Below, in pieces: positions 55,381 to 64,000 of a stretch of DNA of 64,000 bases. Below the pieces are notes generated by a model that saw only the letters and a program-made list of their open reading frames with translations, was not told where the DNA came from and did no database searches. Every line of letters starts with the position of its first letter. Positions within the stretch are counted from its first letter, which is position 1. Position numbers and translations under genes: made by a program. Location: IMG/VR virus record IMGVR_UViG_3300042892_003562, positions 1-64,000 of that record; one strand, 5' to 3'. This stretch comes from a virus.

Positions 55381-56789
55381 CAGAGGTATTTATAGGTCCA
55401 CTTTGCGCTAGCGGAAATAGCACCAACCAAAGCCACGCTGGATTTTTTCACCCAAATCCCAAATTCTAAAACACCCGCAACGCCTATGACGTAAGGATCG
55501 GTGGCAAAATCAAAAACCGCAGCAAGCGATCCAGAGCTTGGACTCCCTGCGGTGGTAGGATAACTGCTGCACACCGCCTTTGAGTCCGATGAGCACGACA
55601 TATCAGCGCCCACTAATGTGGTGAAGTTCAAAATCACCACTCCTTTGTAGGAGTGAGTCCTATTAAGGGACGCGGGCGATACCGGGGCAGGGAAATGCGT
55701 CGAATCTCCCGGAGCTTGTCCGGGGGCTCTGAAATTGAGAGCAAGGTCGGTGAGGTTTGTGAAATTATACAGGTCCGCCACCACGTCAAACGCAACTTGC
55801 AGCTGTGCGCCTTCTACCAAGAACGAGGCGGGCAGCGGTATCTCTCCCAGCTTCAGGAAATAGGTCTGGGCTGCCCCGAAATCGTTAATGAATGCCATCG
55901 CGTGCTGCGATGGGAGCGCCACGTCCTGCATAAGCCGGATACCTCCAGTAGTGGAGTTATTATGCACTACGGCGTTTCCAGCACCGTCTCCGCTCAAACG
56001 ACCGAGAGGTAAAATGACCGCAGAGGAATCTCCAAGGGAGATGCCTGATGTTGGCAGACTTTCCGGCATATACTCCGCGCCGATCCGCGTCGGGTCAGCC
56101 ACTGCTCCTTTAAGCGTGGTGGTGATCTCCGCAGCTGTTGGAAGTCCACCCGTTCCGCCACCTCCCACCACCACCCATGCGTCCACATACCAAACCGAGA
56201 ATCCGCCGGTCTCCGGGTCGAACCAGATCGCGTCTCGGTCGTCAACTCCCGGCGTGGTGGTGGAGGTGATGAGCGGGGTTTCTCCTGTGTCTCCCGTGGG
56301 GCCGGTGGCTCCCGTGAGGCCGGTGGGGCCGGTGTTGCCGGTAGGTCCGGTGGCTCCTGCAGCTCCTGTGGGGCCTGTATAGGGCACCGCCTCGCTCAGC
56401 GTGTGCAGGGGGACGCTCGTCGTCGTCTGGCGCGTCGTGTCGCGCTTCAGGACCAGCGTGCCGTAAGCCACCGTCAGGATGACGCCCGTGGTCTCGTGCT
56501 CCGCTTGGATGTCCCAGTAGAGGGTCTTGCCACCGAGGTCCCGCGTGTCCACCGGATGGAACGTCACGGAGGCGCTGGAACTGACGACAGGATCGACAAT
56601 GCCCACTCCGCTGGCGTATTGGAACTTGGCCCCGAGGTCGCTCGCCGCGTTGGACGCCTTGGCCGTGAAGATGAGCTGGTAGGCCGAGCCGGGGCTGAAC
56701 GCCGCTCCATCCACTTCCGTCTTCAACGGAATGGACACCGTCTTGGTGTCTCCTGCGTAGAACGTGATCTCCTGTGATGTGAGCGCCAT
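55380..56789 (-). CDS. collagen-repeat tail/head fibre protein
   Basis: N-terminal GDT...YWDIQ adaptor-like domain; (GxT)n collagen run GPTGAAGATGPTGNTGPTGLTGATGPTGDTGET. Confidence 0.7.
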   Translation of the reverse strand: MALTSQEITFYAGDTKTVSIPLKTEVDGAAFSPGSAYQLIFTAKASNAASDLGAKFQYASGVGIVDPVVSSSASVTFHPVDTRDLGGKTLYWDIQAEHETTGVILTVAYGTLVLKRDTTRQTTTSVPLHTLSEAVPYTGPTGAAGATGPTGNTGPTGLTGATGPTGDTGETPLITSTTTPGVDDRDAIWFDPETGGFSVWYVDAWVVVGGGGTGGLPTAAEITTTLKGAVADPTRIGAEYMPESLPTSGISLGDSSAVILPLGRLSGDGAGNAVVHNNSTTGGIRLMQDVALPSQHAMAFINDFGAAQTYFLKLGEIPLPASFLVEGAQLQVAFDVVADLYNFTNLTDLALNFRAPGQAPGDSTHFPAPVSPASLNRTHSYKGVVILNFTTLVGADMSCSSDSKAVCSSYPTTAGSPSSGSLAAVFDFATDPYVIGVAGVLEFGIWVKKSSVALVGAISASAKWTYKYL

Positions 56790-56809
56790 GGTTTAGCCGG
56801 GCTAAAGGG

Positions 56810-56853
56810 GAAAAAGAAAGACAGCCCGCCCCCGCACTGGACGGAGACGGGCC
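56810..56853 (-). terminator. putative Rho-independent terminator
   Basis: GCCCG...CGGGC stem followed on the - strand by TGTCTTTCTTTTT. Confidence 0.5.
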
Positions 56854-56861
56854 GGGTTAGG

Positions 56862-57182
56862 TTAGTGGCTGACGCGATACCAAGCGTTTCCAATCGCCCG
56901 GTAGGTTCCGGTCGTGGCGTTCGCAACGGTCGACGTGGCGGCTCCGGTAGCCGAAGCTCCGCTGTAGATGACGTCGGGACTCACGGCGGTCACAGTGGCA
57001 ACCGTGGACGTCCCTGCGGCGATCACGGTGAACTCCTTGCGGCGTCCCTTCGAGGAAGGAAGTGTCAAAACGGTGGTGGCTCCTGATGTCAGGAGGGTCA
57101 CTTTACGACTCAAAGTCGCGGCAGCGGTAACAGCCTTGATCTTGTTGTTGTAAGTGAGAAGTGGGAGAATGACTTTTTTCAT
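56862..57182 (-). CDS. small virion protein (capsid decoration candidate)
   Basis: Start reassigned to ATG 57182 (MKKVILPLL); Thr/Ala-rich beta protein right after the capsid gene. Confidence 0.55.
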   Translation of the reverse strand: MKKVILPLLTYNNKIKAVTAAATLSRKVTLLTSGATTVLTLPSSKGRRKEFTVIAAGTSTVATVTAVSPDVIYSGASATGAATSTVANATTGTYRAIGNAWYRVSH

Positions 57183-57207
57183 GATGATTTTAAGTAGGCC
57201 CGTTAAG

Positions 57208-57244
57208 CAGAAAACCCCGGCCCGGATGGGCGTCCAGACCGGGG
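57208..57244 (-). terminator. Rho-independent terminator after major capsid gene
   Basis: CCCCGG...CCGGGG stem then TTTTCTG on the - strand. Confidence 0.6.
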
Positions 57245-57259
57245 ATAACACACTACTGT

Positions 57260-58729
57260 TTAGCCAAGCGAACTGCCGTCCATGATGCGTCCGTCTGGAG
57301 CTGCGACCGCGAGGTGACGAATCACGATGCCGAACTCCGGAGAGTCGGGACGGGTGCCGTTCGACCATGTTCCACGGAACTGACCGATTGAACCATCGGG
57401 GTTGTCATCGCGGTGCTCGTAGTTGGTCCAGCGATAGCTGCCCGCGTAGTTCATCGCAGGGAAGTTGGCTTGACCCACCGAGGTGATTGGTTTTGGAACC
57501 AGCGTGGTGCAGACACCCTGATGGTAGACGTAGGAATCTTCCCAAGTGGCGGTGAGCCAATTAGGATTAGGAACACGCTTGTAAACACCCGAGGAAGCAG
57601 GAGTTTCCACGACATAGAATTGCGGAACCTTGCACCAGAACGACGCGGCGGTGGTGCCGGTGGTGATGGCAACAAGTGCAGTGGCAGTGGCGCTCTTAAC
57701 GACGTAAGCGGTCGTGGACGAGCGGCTGACAACCTCAAGTTTCTGGGAACCGGTGAGGATGGTGGAACCCTTGAAGAGGGTATAGGCAGGGGCACCGTTC
57801 AGCACCAGTGCGCCAGTGGTGGCGTTCAGGGTGTCGATGGTGGTCGTGCCGCTGGCAATAAATTCCCAGCGGTCCACCTTCTCGTCGCAGGTGTGGACGA
57901 AACCGTTGTAGCTCCACTTCTTGCCCATCGCGGCGAGGAGGCCCTCGTTCTGCGAGCTGTAGCGGAAGTCCTCGCGGACATCAGGGTCGGCCATGATCAG
58001 GCGGCGCGACTGGCGCGGCGAGGTGATCAGTGAGTAGCCTGCGGAACCACCAGCTTGACCAAGAGAGTCCTCTCCTGCACCTTGATGGTTCAGGAACTCA
58101 TAGATGATATCAGTGAATCCATTGGTGAGAATTGAGCTGTCCGTTCCACTGTATGCAGGAAACGCGGTGTTGCCGTAATCTCCGCCATCCAAGCTGAAGC
58201 TGGAATCAAGGACGCAAAGATTGTCGGCGATGCGCTTGTATTCCGAGCGGGAGCGCTCAATCTGAAGCTCGCGACCTTGGTCGGCCAGAGCGTTGATGCA
58301 GGCACCCATTTGCTTTACCCGGACGAACTTGTCGCGCAGGTTGTTGGTGTTCATCGGAGGACCCCACACGGCCTTGTGTTGGAGGCGGTAGTCACGAAGG
58401 GTTTGCGTGAACTCAACGGTATCCGAAGGAGGAAGGCCAGCTCCGGTGCCTGAAAGGTGGTTGGCGGTGTTGTCGCTGGCACTCAGGTCCGTGGCGACGT
58501 TCGCCCAATCCACTTCTTCAGCGAGAGCTCCAGTGGTGCTGGCAGCCGTCACGAGTTTGGCGCGGTCGAATTGGAAGGTTTTCTGGACCGAGGAAATTTC
58601 GTCAGACCAAGTTTCCTTGCGTCCGAGGGTGATCCAAGGGGTGGGACGACCCATGATCTTTTGATTGATCATCGGTCCGATTTGGGGTGCTTGTTGGACC
58701 ATGAGGTCCGCGACAGAATAGGTAGCCAT
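57260..58729 (-). CDS. major capsid protein
   Basis: 489 aa, downstream of portal and scaffold, long leader and terminator, strongly biased codons; assignment mainly by synteny. Confidence 0.7.
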   Translation of the reverse strand: MATYSVADLMVQQAPQIGPMINQKIMGRPTPWITLGRKETWSDEISSVQKTFQFDRAKLVTAASTTGALAEEVDWANVATDLSASDNTANHLSGTGAGLPPSDTVEFTQTLRDYRLQHKAVWGPPMNTNNLRDKFVRVKQMGACINALADQGRELQIERSRSEYKRIADNLCVLDSSFSLDGGDYGNTAFPAYSGTDSSILTNGFTDIIYEFLNHQGAGEDSLGQAGGSAGYSLITSPRQSRRLIMADPDVREDFRYSSQNEGLLAAMGKKWSYNGFVHTCDEKVDRWEFIASGTTTIDTLNATTGALVLNGAPAYTLFKGSTILTGSQKLEVVSRSSTTAYVVKSATATALVAITTGTTAASFWCKVPQFYVVETPASSGVYKRVPNPNWLTATWEDSYVYHQGVCTTLVPKPITSVGQANFPAMNYAGSYRWTNYEHRDDNPDGSIGQFRGTWSNGTRPDSPEFGIVIRHLAVAAPDGRIMDGSSLG

Positions 58730-58993
58730 AATTTTAGGTGGTTATCGAGAGTTCTTTGTTTAGCCCGGCTAAAGATCGGTGATCTTTCTTGGTTGATGCC
58801 AAGGCTTGGAAAACAGAGCTGGCGCACTTGCGCTTGCTCAAAGGATGCTTTCTTAGAACGGATAACGACCGAGCCTCCGAATCAGGACCTTTTCAAAACC
58901 CGCCTGATTGTTGGGTTCGAGAAGGTTTTGCCCTAATCCGGAGGCCACGTCAACTACTTTGTTTCAGGAATCTTGAAATTCCCAAAATATTTA

Positions 58994-60193
58994 TCAATGC
59001 GTGAACGCGTAGTCGCTGTTCATAGCTTCCATGAAGTCCTTCGGCTTGTTGCCGTCGGGCTTGGTGGCCTGCACGGAACTCCCGGCCTTGGCTGCCGTGC
59101 GGACGCTCTTGACGTCCTCCTTCTCATACACTGAAAGGCGCTTCTTGAGGGCGACCAGCTCCTTCATCGCGTGCGGCAGGGCGGACCCGGCGAACGCGGC
59201 GAACGCCATGTCGTTTGCTTTAGCCCGGCTAAAGTCAATCGCCAGCCCCTTGGCCACCAGCTCCTTGAACTTGGGTGTCTCGCCGTCCTCGTCGACAAAG
59301 CCCGGAATCACTTCCTTGTATTTGTCCCAGATGGACTTCTGGAGGGTTTGGACGCTGACGCGTTGGTCGGCCAGCAGCTTGCGCTCGGATTCGACGCGTT
59401 GCACCTTCTGTCGTTCCAGTTCGCCCTCGGCATTGGCCATCATCTGCTCGCGCTTGTCGATGAGGTCGCCGAACTTCTCGCCGAACGACAACACCTTGGA
59501 CTGGATGACAAGGGACGCCTCGCCGAAATGGGTGGACATCAGCTCCTCTTGGACAACGGGATCGCGTTCCTTGATGATCTGGCGAAGGATTTGCGGGTCG
59601 AGCTGGAGACGCTCGGAAAGCTGGTCGGCTTGGGTGAAGATGGCGGCGGCTGGCTGAACCACCTCGCGCTGGTAAACGTCTTCCGACTCCACCTTGAGCT
59701 TGGCGCTCTGTGAGCTCACCTCGGTCAAGCGGGCCTTCAGGCCGTCAATCTCTGCGGTCTTGAGCTCAAGCTCTTGCAGTTTGGCTTGAACCTCGGGCGT
59801 GACGGTGGACTGCTTGGCGGCTTTCAGCTCAGCCTTGAGGGCTCTGAACTTCTCCCCGGCCTTGGCCTCCATCCCTTTGACCTCCTCCTCGGTCTGCTTG
59901 TCGAAGGCCTCCTCGTTGAAGGCTCCCTCCTTGACCGGCTCCTTGGCCTCTACGGGCGTCTCTGGCGCGTCGGAGAAGAATTCCTCCTCAATGACAGGGG
60001 TGGTGTCTTCCGGCGTCTCCTTGGGCTCCACGGGAGCATCAGGAACGGCGGCTACGGGGTCGGGCGCGGCTGGCGTTGGTTCCAGTCCGGCTTGCGGGCC
60101 GTCAAAGAACGCGTCCATCGCGGCCATCACGTCGTGGTTGGGGTCGCCGTAAACAGCGTCCGCCATTGTTGTATCTGTGTTTTCTTGAGACAT
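58994..60193 (-). CDS. capsid scaffolding protein
   Basis: Acidic Pro-rich N-terminus, long coiled coils; between portal and capsid. Confidence 0.65.
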   Translation of the reverse strand: MSQENTDTTMADAVYGDPNHDVMAAMDAFFDGPQAGLEPTPAAPDPVAAVPDAPVEPKETPEDTTPVIEEEFFSDAPETPVEAKEPVKEGAFNEEAFDKQTEEEVKGMEAKAGEKFRALKAELKAAKQSTVTPEVQAKLQELELKTAEIDGLKARLTEVSSQSAKLKVESEDVYQREVVQPAAAIFTQADQLSERLQLDPQILRQIIKERDPVVQEELMSTHFGEASLVIQSKVLSFGEKFGDLIDKREQMMANAEGELERQKVQRVESERKLLADQRVSVQTLQKSIWDKYKEVIPGFVDEDGETPKFKELVAKGLAIDFSRAKANDMAFAAFAGSALPHAMKELVALKKRLSVYEKEDVKSVRTAAKAGSSVQATKPDGNKPKDFMEAMNSDYAFTH

Positions 60194-60227
60194 AGTGTGT
60201 TTGGTTGGAGATTAGTTGCAGGTCGGT

Positions 60228-60500
60228 TTACAGTTGTTTTTTTGAGGAAGATCTTCGAAGGGCGCTTGTTGAGCGATTGTTTCTTTTGGCGCGAAACAAA
60301 ACCCGATATTCGTTTGGATCGAGTGGCTCCTCATGCTGGAAAAAACCATTGGCATCACTTGATGATGCCCTCACAACTTGGAATTCCATATCATGAACCA
60401 GATTGCAATCGCAACAAGACATTCTATATCCAACCATCACAGGAGGAACCCACCGACTCCATCCGTCTTCGGTTTCTTTTTCGATAATGAATTTTGCCAT
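60228..60500 (-). CDS. hypothetical protein with CCDC-x3-H motif
   Basis: WSRWVPP...YRMSCCDCNLVHDMEF; AT-richer than its neighbours. Confidence 0.6.
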   Translation of the reverse strand: MAKFIIEKETEDGWSRWVPPVMVGYRMSCCDCNLVHDMEFQVVRASSSDANGFFQHEEPLDPNEYRVLFRAKRNNRSTSALRRSSSKKQL

Positions 60501-60504
60501 GAGT

Positions 60505-60666
60505 TTAATCGTTGGTTGGCTTGCTTGGAGATTGTTTCCATTGATCCTTTTTTGCGACTAGCCAGTCACTCTTCCAGAACCAATAGCGGCAACGCCCATA
60601 AAGAAGTTGAAATCTCAAGCGATCCTCAAAAGGAAGATCCTTAATCCATGGATGATTACTAATCAT
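60505..60666 (-). CDS. hypothetical protein
   Basis: MISNHPWIKDLPFEDRLRF...; start ATG 60666. Confidence 0.4.
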   Translation of the reverse strand: MISNHPWIKDLPFEDRLRFQLLYGRCRYWFWKSDWLVAKKDQWKQSPSKPTND

Positions 60667-60670
60667 GATT

Positions 60671-60931
60671 TTAGTCGTTGGTCGGTTTGAGGCGGCGGGA
60701 GGTGGAGCCTTCAAACTGAGGCTTCATCTCCGCCAAGGCGTAGAGCTTCAGCAAGACCGCCACGGCCCCTTCCGTGTGGTTGTAGGCCATCGCACAGGCT
60801 TCCAGCGTTGTCGCCCCGCGTCGCTCGCGGAACACCCCGTTGAGAGCTTCCTCGATGGCCTTGGTCATGGTCTGGCTTTGAAGCAGCGCCTTGAGGTCCT
60901 GCTGCTCTAGGACGGATAGTAGTGTTTTCAT
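60671..60931 (-). CDS. hypothetical protein (head assembly region)
   Basis: 86 aa, 5 nt after motif 60937-60951. Confidence 0.6.
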   Translation of the reverse strand: MKTLLSVLEQQDLKALLQSQTMTKAIEEALNGVFRERRGATTLEACAMAYNHTEGAVAVLLKLYALAEMKPQFEGSTSRRLKPTND

Positions 60932-60946
60932 GAATCTTTAGCCGGG

Positions 60947-63268
60947 CTAAACCTGCGTGGCCTTGAGGCGTTGGAGCTTGGCCTGCGCCTCGGCGTCTTT
61001 GGTGACCAGTCCGCTCATCGCCTTCTGGGCCTCGGCCACCTGCTTCCATTCCCCGGCCTTCTTGATGTTCTCCAGCTTGAGCAAACCAATCTGCATTTCC
61101 TGCTGCATCTTCTGGCGATGCTTCATGTCGCTCATCTGCATCTCCTGCTGGGTCTTCTGCTGGAGCTTCTGGTCCTCGCTGAGCTCCTGTTGCTCGCCGC
61201 CGGGGCCTTGTTCGCCGCCCTCTTGAGCCGCCTTGTTGATCATCTTCAGGCCGTTGACGACAATCTCGCCAACCTGCTGGACCTGCTGGTGATACTGGTT
61301 GAGCTCAGGCTGCACGCTCTCGTGAACCACCGTCATCTCCAAAGTTGCAACCGCATGATCGTAAAGCATTTGATGCTCCATCGTCCATTGCATGAGGTCG
61401 ACCTGACCCTCGTCCACCCCCTTCAATCCCTCCATGAGCTTGTTGATGTGGATGGGGAGGTGCACCATGTGGAGCTGGCCGTCCTTCGGGTCCATGTAGT
61501 CGCCTTCGAGAAGCTGGAAGTTTTCCAAGGTGGCAATCGAGTCGTCGTATGGAATGCGGGTCTCGTTCGGCGTTCCGGCGTAGCGGTCGGCCAAGTCCAC
61601 CCCGCCCAACATAATCAAACGGTCGTAGTCGAAGTTTTTACGTCCCACCGCGTCCCACGTCGAATAGCCTTGCTGGATCTGGTCCATCAGCATGATCCGT
61701 GACGCACGGGAACCGGTGCCAATGATCCGCGTGGCCTGCACCCGCTTGAAGTCGATTTGCTTGAAGACGCTCTCAGGGACGCCACGGGCCACACAGCGGG
61801 CCTTCATCTCGCGCACGCGGGCCGCAGCCTGCTTGTCCTTCTGCCTGACCGTGAACGCCCGACGGACCTTCTCCTTCGTGATCTTGTCGTAGGGACCGTA
61901 GAACAACGTGACGGCGAAGCTGTTGAGCTTGTTGATGAAATCGAGCTTGGAGCTGACTTCCAGCTTCGTCTGACGGCTCTTGTCGTCGTTCATCATCATG
62001 TCGCCGGAAGCAAGACCGCCGGTCGCCCGGTTGAGGATGGAACGCGTTTCGTTGATGGCTGGCATCAAGGCGTTGTTCAGGTTGATCCCCACCTGCCTGT
62101 CCGGCATCTTCATCGTCGGCGGAATCATGATGGCCGAGCCGGAGTCGATCAGCATCATGTCCTGCTCGTCTTCCGTGGAAGCTGGCTGGAGAATCAACGA
62201 CGACCCGACCCGGGCATTATCGAGCATCTTGCAATGGAGGATGTCCCCGGCGTTGCACAGCTGGAAGATCAAATATCCCAAGCCGCGCACCGTGTAGAGC
62301 CGCCCGCCGTTACCTACGCTGAAAGGAAAGATTTGGAACGCCTGATCCACCGAATCGTAGTGGCCCGGCGACTTGAAGATGAAATCCTCCGGCCCGCCGT
62401 CCTGATCGGACAGCGCGTTCTTGGCCGAGATGTAGTAGGACCAGCGTCCGTCAAACTCCCTGATCCACGAATGGATGACGGCGATGTCCTCGCACTTGGA
62501 GTCGACAAAAATCTCGTTCGCCTTGATCTGGCGCTGCATCTCCTCCCAGTCGTTCCAGTCGGACTTCACCTGACGGGCGCTTTGGAGAATGGCCTTGCGA
62601 ATGGCGTCCTCGTTCCAGCCCTCGCCGCCAATCTTGGTGAACAACTCGGTGACACCGTAGGAGCCCAGCGAATGCGCCTGCTCGATCTTGGAGGTGATGA
62701 TGCCGCTCTTGCGCGGAAACTTGAAATGGTCGAGACCGGCGACGGAATACTGCATCGTCTCCTTGTCGTCGAAATAGGCAATGGCCACCCCGTGCTTGAC
62801 GTAGGTGGCGGCGAGCTGGATGTGCAGGGCCAACGCCCCGTCATCATCCCGGTCCATCACCGTGTATTCCTCGGCCAAAATCTGGCTCCACGTCAGCGCC
62901 TGCTGCTTATCCACCGTGGGAAGCAGAGGGATGTCAGCCAGCACTTTGGGCGTAGTGTAGATGTCGACGTAGGCGGCTTGGGCTTCCGTGAGGATGGTGG
63001 CTCCCTCACCGGTGGTGATGTTGAAGCGGTCGCTCTGGCCCTTGTTCTCCAGCTCGGCGGCGTCGTGCGGCGGCGTGTAATCGGCCAACCCGTCCACCAA
63101 GGAGCGGTTGAACGAACTGTCGTTGTCAGCCTCGCGCAGGAGCTCGTAGCCGTTCCGCGCCGCAGCCGGACTCCCCAGCCTTTCCTTCGGTTCCTCCAGC
63201 GTCTCGGCGTCGAGGGTTTTCAAGTCGTCGAGCGACTGCTCCGATTCGCGGAAGAGGGAGGTGGTCAT
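60947..63268 (-). CDS. portal protein
   Basis: 773 aa just after the terminase; Gln-rich helical C-terminal tail typical of podovirus portals. Confidence 0.75.
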   Translation of the reverse strand: MTTSLFRESEQSLDDLKTLDAETLEEPKERLGSPAAARNGYELLREADNDSSFNRSLVDGLADYTPPHDAAELENKGQSDRFNITTGEGATILTEAQAAYVDIYTTPKVLADIPLLPTVDKQQALTWSQILAEEYTVMDRDDDGALALHIQLAATYVKHGVAIAYFDDKETMQYSVAGLDHFKFPRKSGIITSKIEQAHSLGSYGVTELFTKIGGEGWNEDAIRKAILQSARQVKSDWNDWEEMQRQIKANEIFVDSKCEDIAVIHSWIREFDGRWSYYISAKNALSDQDGGPEDFIFKSPGHYDSVDQAFQIFPFSVGNGGRLYTVRGLGYLIFQLCNAGDILHCKMLDNARVGSSLILQPASTEDEQDMMLIDSGSAIMIPPTMKMPDRQVGINLNNALMPAINETRSILNRATGGLASGDMMMNDDKSRQTKLEVSSKLDFINKLNSFAVTLFYGPYDKITKEKVRRAFTVRQKDKQAAARVREMKARCVARGVPESVFKQIDFKRVQATRIIGTGSRASRIMLMDQIQQGYSTWDAVGRKNFDYDRLIMLGGVDLADRYAGTPNETRIPYDDSIATLENFQLLEGDYMDPKDGQLHMVHLPIHINKLMEGLKGVDEGQVDLMQWTMEHQMLYDHAVATLEMTVVHESVQPELNQYHQQVQQVGEIVVNGLKMINKAAQEGGEQGPGGEQQELSEDQKLQQKTQQEMQMSDMKHRQKMQQEMQIGLLKLENIKKAGEWKQVAEAQKAMSGLVTKDAEAQAKLQRLKATQV

Positions 63269-63291
63269 AGGTGTTTAGCCGGGCTAAAGGA

Positions 63292-63570
63292 TTATCGTCC
63301 GCGCTCTTGCAGGGCTTCTGGGTTGGCGATAATAATCGCAGTCCCCGTCACAGCGGTCACGACAATCGCCATTTCCGAGTGCGCCCCGTAGTTGATCACG
63401 GACTGTTCGGCTGTCACCGTCAGCGGCGTGGCAAACGCTTGGTAGGTTCCCGGCGCGGTCAAATACTTGATCGTTGCGGTGATGGTGCCTGACGTGGCTA
63501 GGCGAAGCGTGCGCCCCGGAGTGATGTCAACAAGGTAGGTGCCTGTCGCGGTGATTGTGAGTTTTTGCAT
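63292..63570 (-). CDS. hypothetical protein
   Basis: 92-aa beta-rich ORF between terminase and portal. Confidence 0.55.
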   Translation of the reverse strand: MQKLTITATGTYLVDITPGRTLRLATSGTITATIKYLTAPGTYQAFATPLTVTAEQSVINYGAHSEMAIVVTAVTGTAIIIANPEALQERGR

Positions 63571-63633
63571 GAGCTATGAAGAGGTTGGGCTCTTTTCCAT
63601 CAATCCAGCCTGATTGTCAAGCATTCAAGATGA

Positions 63634-63999
63634 TCACCGCATCTTTCTGCCCACCGTCGTCAACAAGTTGCGCTTGGTCACCACCTTGGCCCAGCCCTTG
63701 TTGACCATCTTCGCCACCTTCTGGACCTCGTCGCTCTTGAAATGCCCCAGCGTAATCGCCTTCTCCACCAACAGGTTGAACGTGTCCGCCATGTCCGGAC
63801 TCCGCTTGAGACGCTTCTTCGCCTCCTCCTTGCTCTCCACCCTGACCGTCCGCCCCTCCTTCTCGTGGTATTCCCTCTCGATCAACTCCGCGATGAGCGC
63901 CTTGCTCACCCCCGTGATCTGCCCCGAACGGATGAACTCCTTCGGCTGAATCCACAGCTCGCTGTTCTTGTTGAAATAGCCGCAGTCCTCGTTACGGAA
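63634..63999 (-). CDS. terL: terminase large subunit, C-terminal part (5'-partial)
   Basis: Frame open to window edge: YFNKNSELW...ESKEEAKKRLKRSPDMADT, typical end of the TerL nuclease domain. Confidence 0.8.
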   Translation of the reverse strand, partial: FRNEDCGYFNKNSELWIQPKEFIRSGQITGVSKALIAELIEREYHEKEGRTVRVESKEEAKKRLKRSPDMADTFNLLVEKAITLGHFKSDEVQKVAKMVNKGWAKVVTKRNLLTTVGRKMR

Positions 64000-64000
64000 G

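Larger units (their letters stand above)
1255..63288. repeat. dispersed 15-bp quasi-palindrome TTTAG-N5-CTAAA (at least 25 copies)
   Basis: Start positions: 1255,1707*,4759,6199*,10305,12366,15250,16823,20461,22509,24123,27847,31918,34018,36921,42115,43744,44478,49437,50587,56792,58759,59219,60937,63274 (* = 1-2 mismatches in the arms). Confidence 0.92.

Noticed and set aside
1255-63288. CRISPR array made of the 15-bp repeats
   Set aside because: Copies are dispersed hundreds to thousands of bp apart, too short and not regularly spaced; the Cas4-like proteins lack any cas operon context.
24487-63391. Long + strand ORFs over the virion operon (e.g. 26643-27851, 34491-35678, 39006-40205, 61757-63391)
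   Set aside because: Antisense shadows of GC3-rich genes, with typical V/L/G/H/R-rich composition and no motifs.
1-64000. Integrase, repressor-based lysogeny module, DNA polymerase
   Set aside because: No recognisable motifs in this window; they may lie outside it.

Overview
64 kb of a lytic-looking, podovirus-like tailed phage genome with two converging arms. The + strand (1-24300) carries about 50 mostly small early/middle genes: a sigma70-region-4-like HTH protein, Cas4-like PD-(D/E)XK exonuclease, ERF recombinase, DUF3127-like SSB, DUF932 protein, LmbU-like regulator, T7-gp4-like primase-helicase, MazG-like pyrophosphatase and three AT-rich HNH homing-endonuclease cassettes. The - strand (64000 down to 24297) is the virion/lysis operon: terminase C-terminus, portal, scaffold, major capsid, fibres/spike, a trypsin-like protease, lysis cassette, tail proteins and three probable internal/ejection proteins ending in a 5486-aa giant. 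Start codons mostly lack Shine-Dalgarno sequences and follow AC-rich '(A)ACC', hinting at an SD-poor host (Verrucomicrobia-like; inference). Two unusual signals stand out. (1) A non-coding RNA cluster at 9662-10300 contains a covariation-supported mimic of the 23S rRNA GTPase-associated centre (H43/H44, the L11/thiostrepton site) beside a tRNA-like element ending in ACCA; further structured RNA clusters lie at about 2950-4060, 5820-6195 and 22220-22507. (2) A 15-bp quasi-palindrome TTTAG-N5-CTAAA occurs at least 25 times, 14 of them 1-7 nt upstream of start codons. All family assignments are from motif recognition by eye; no database searches were run.
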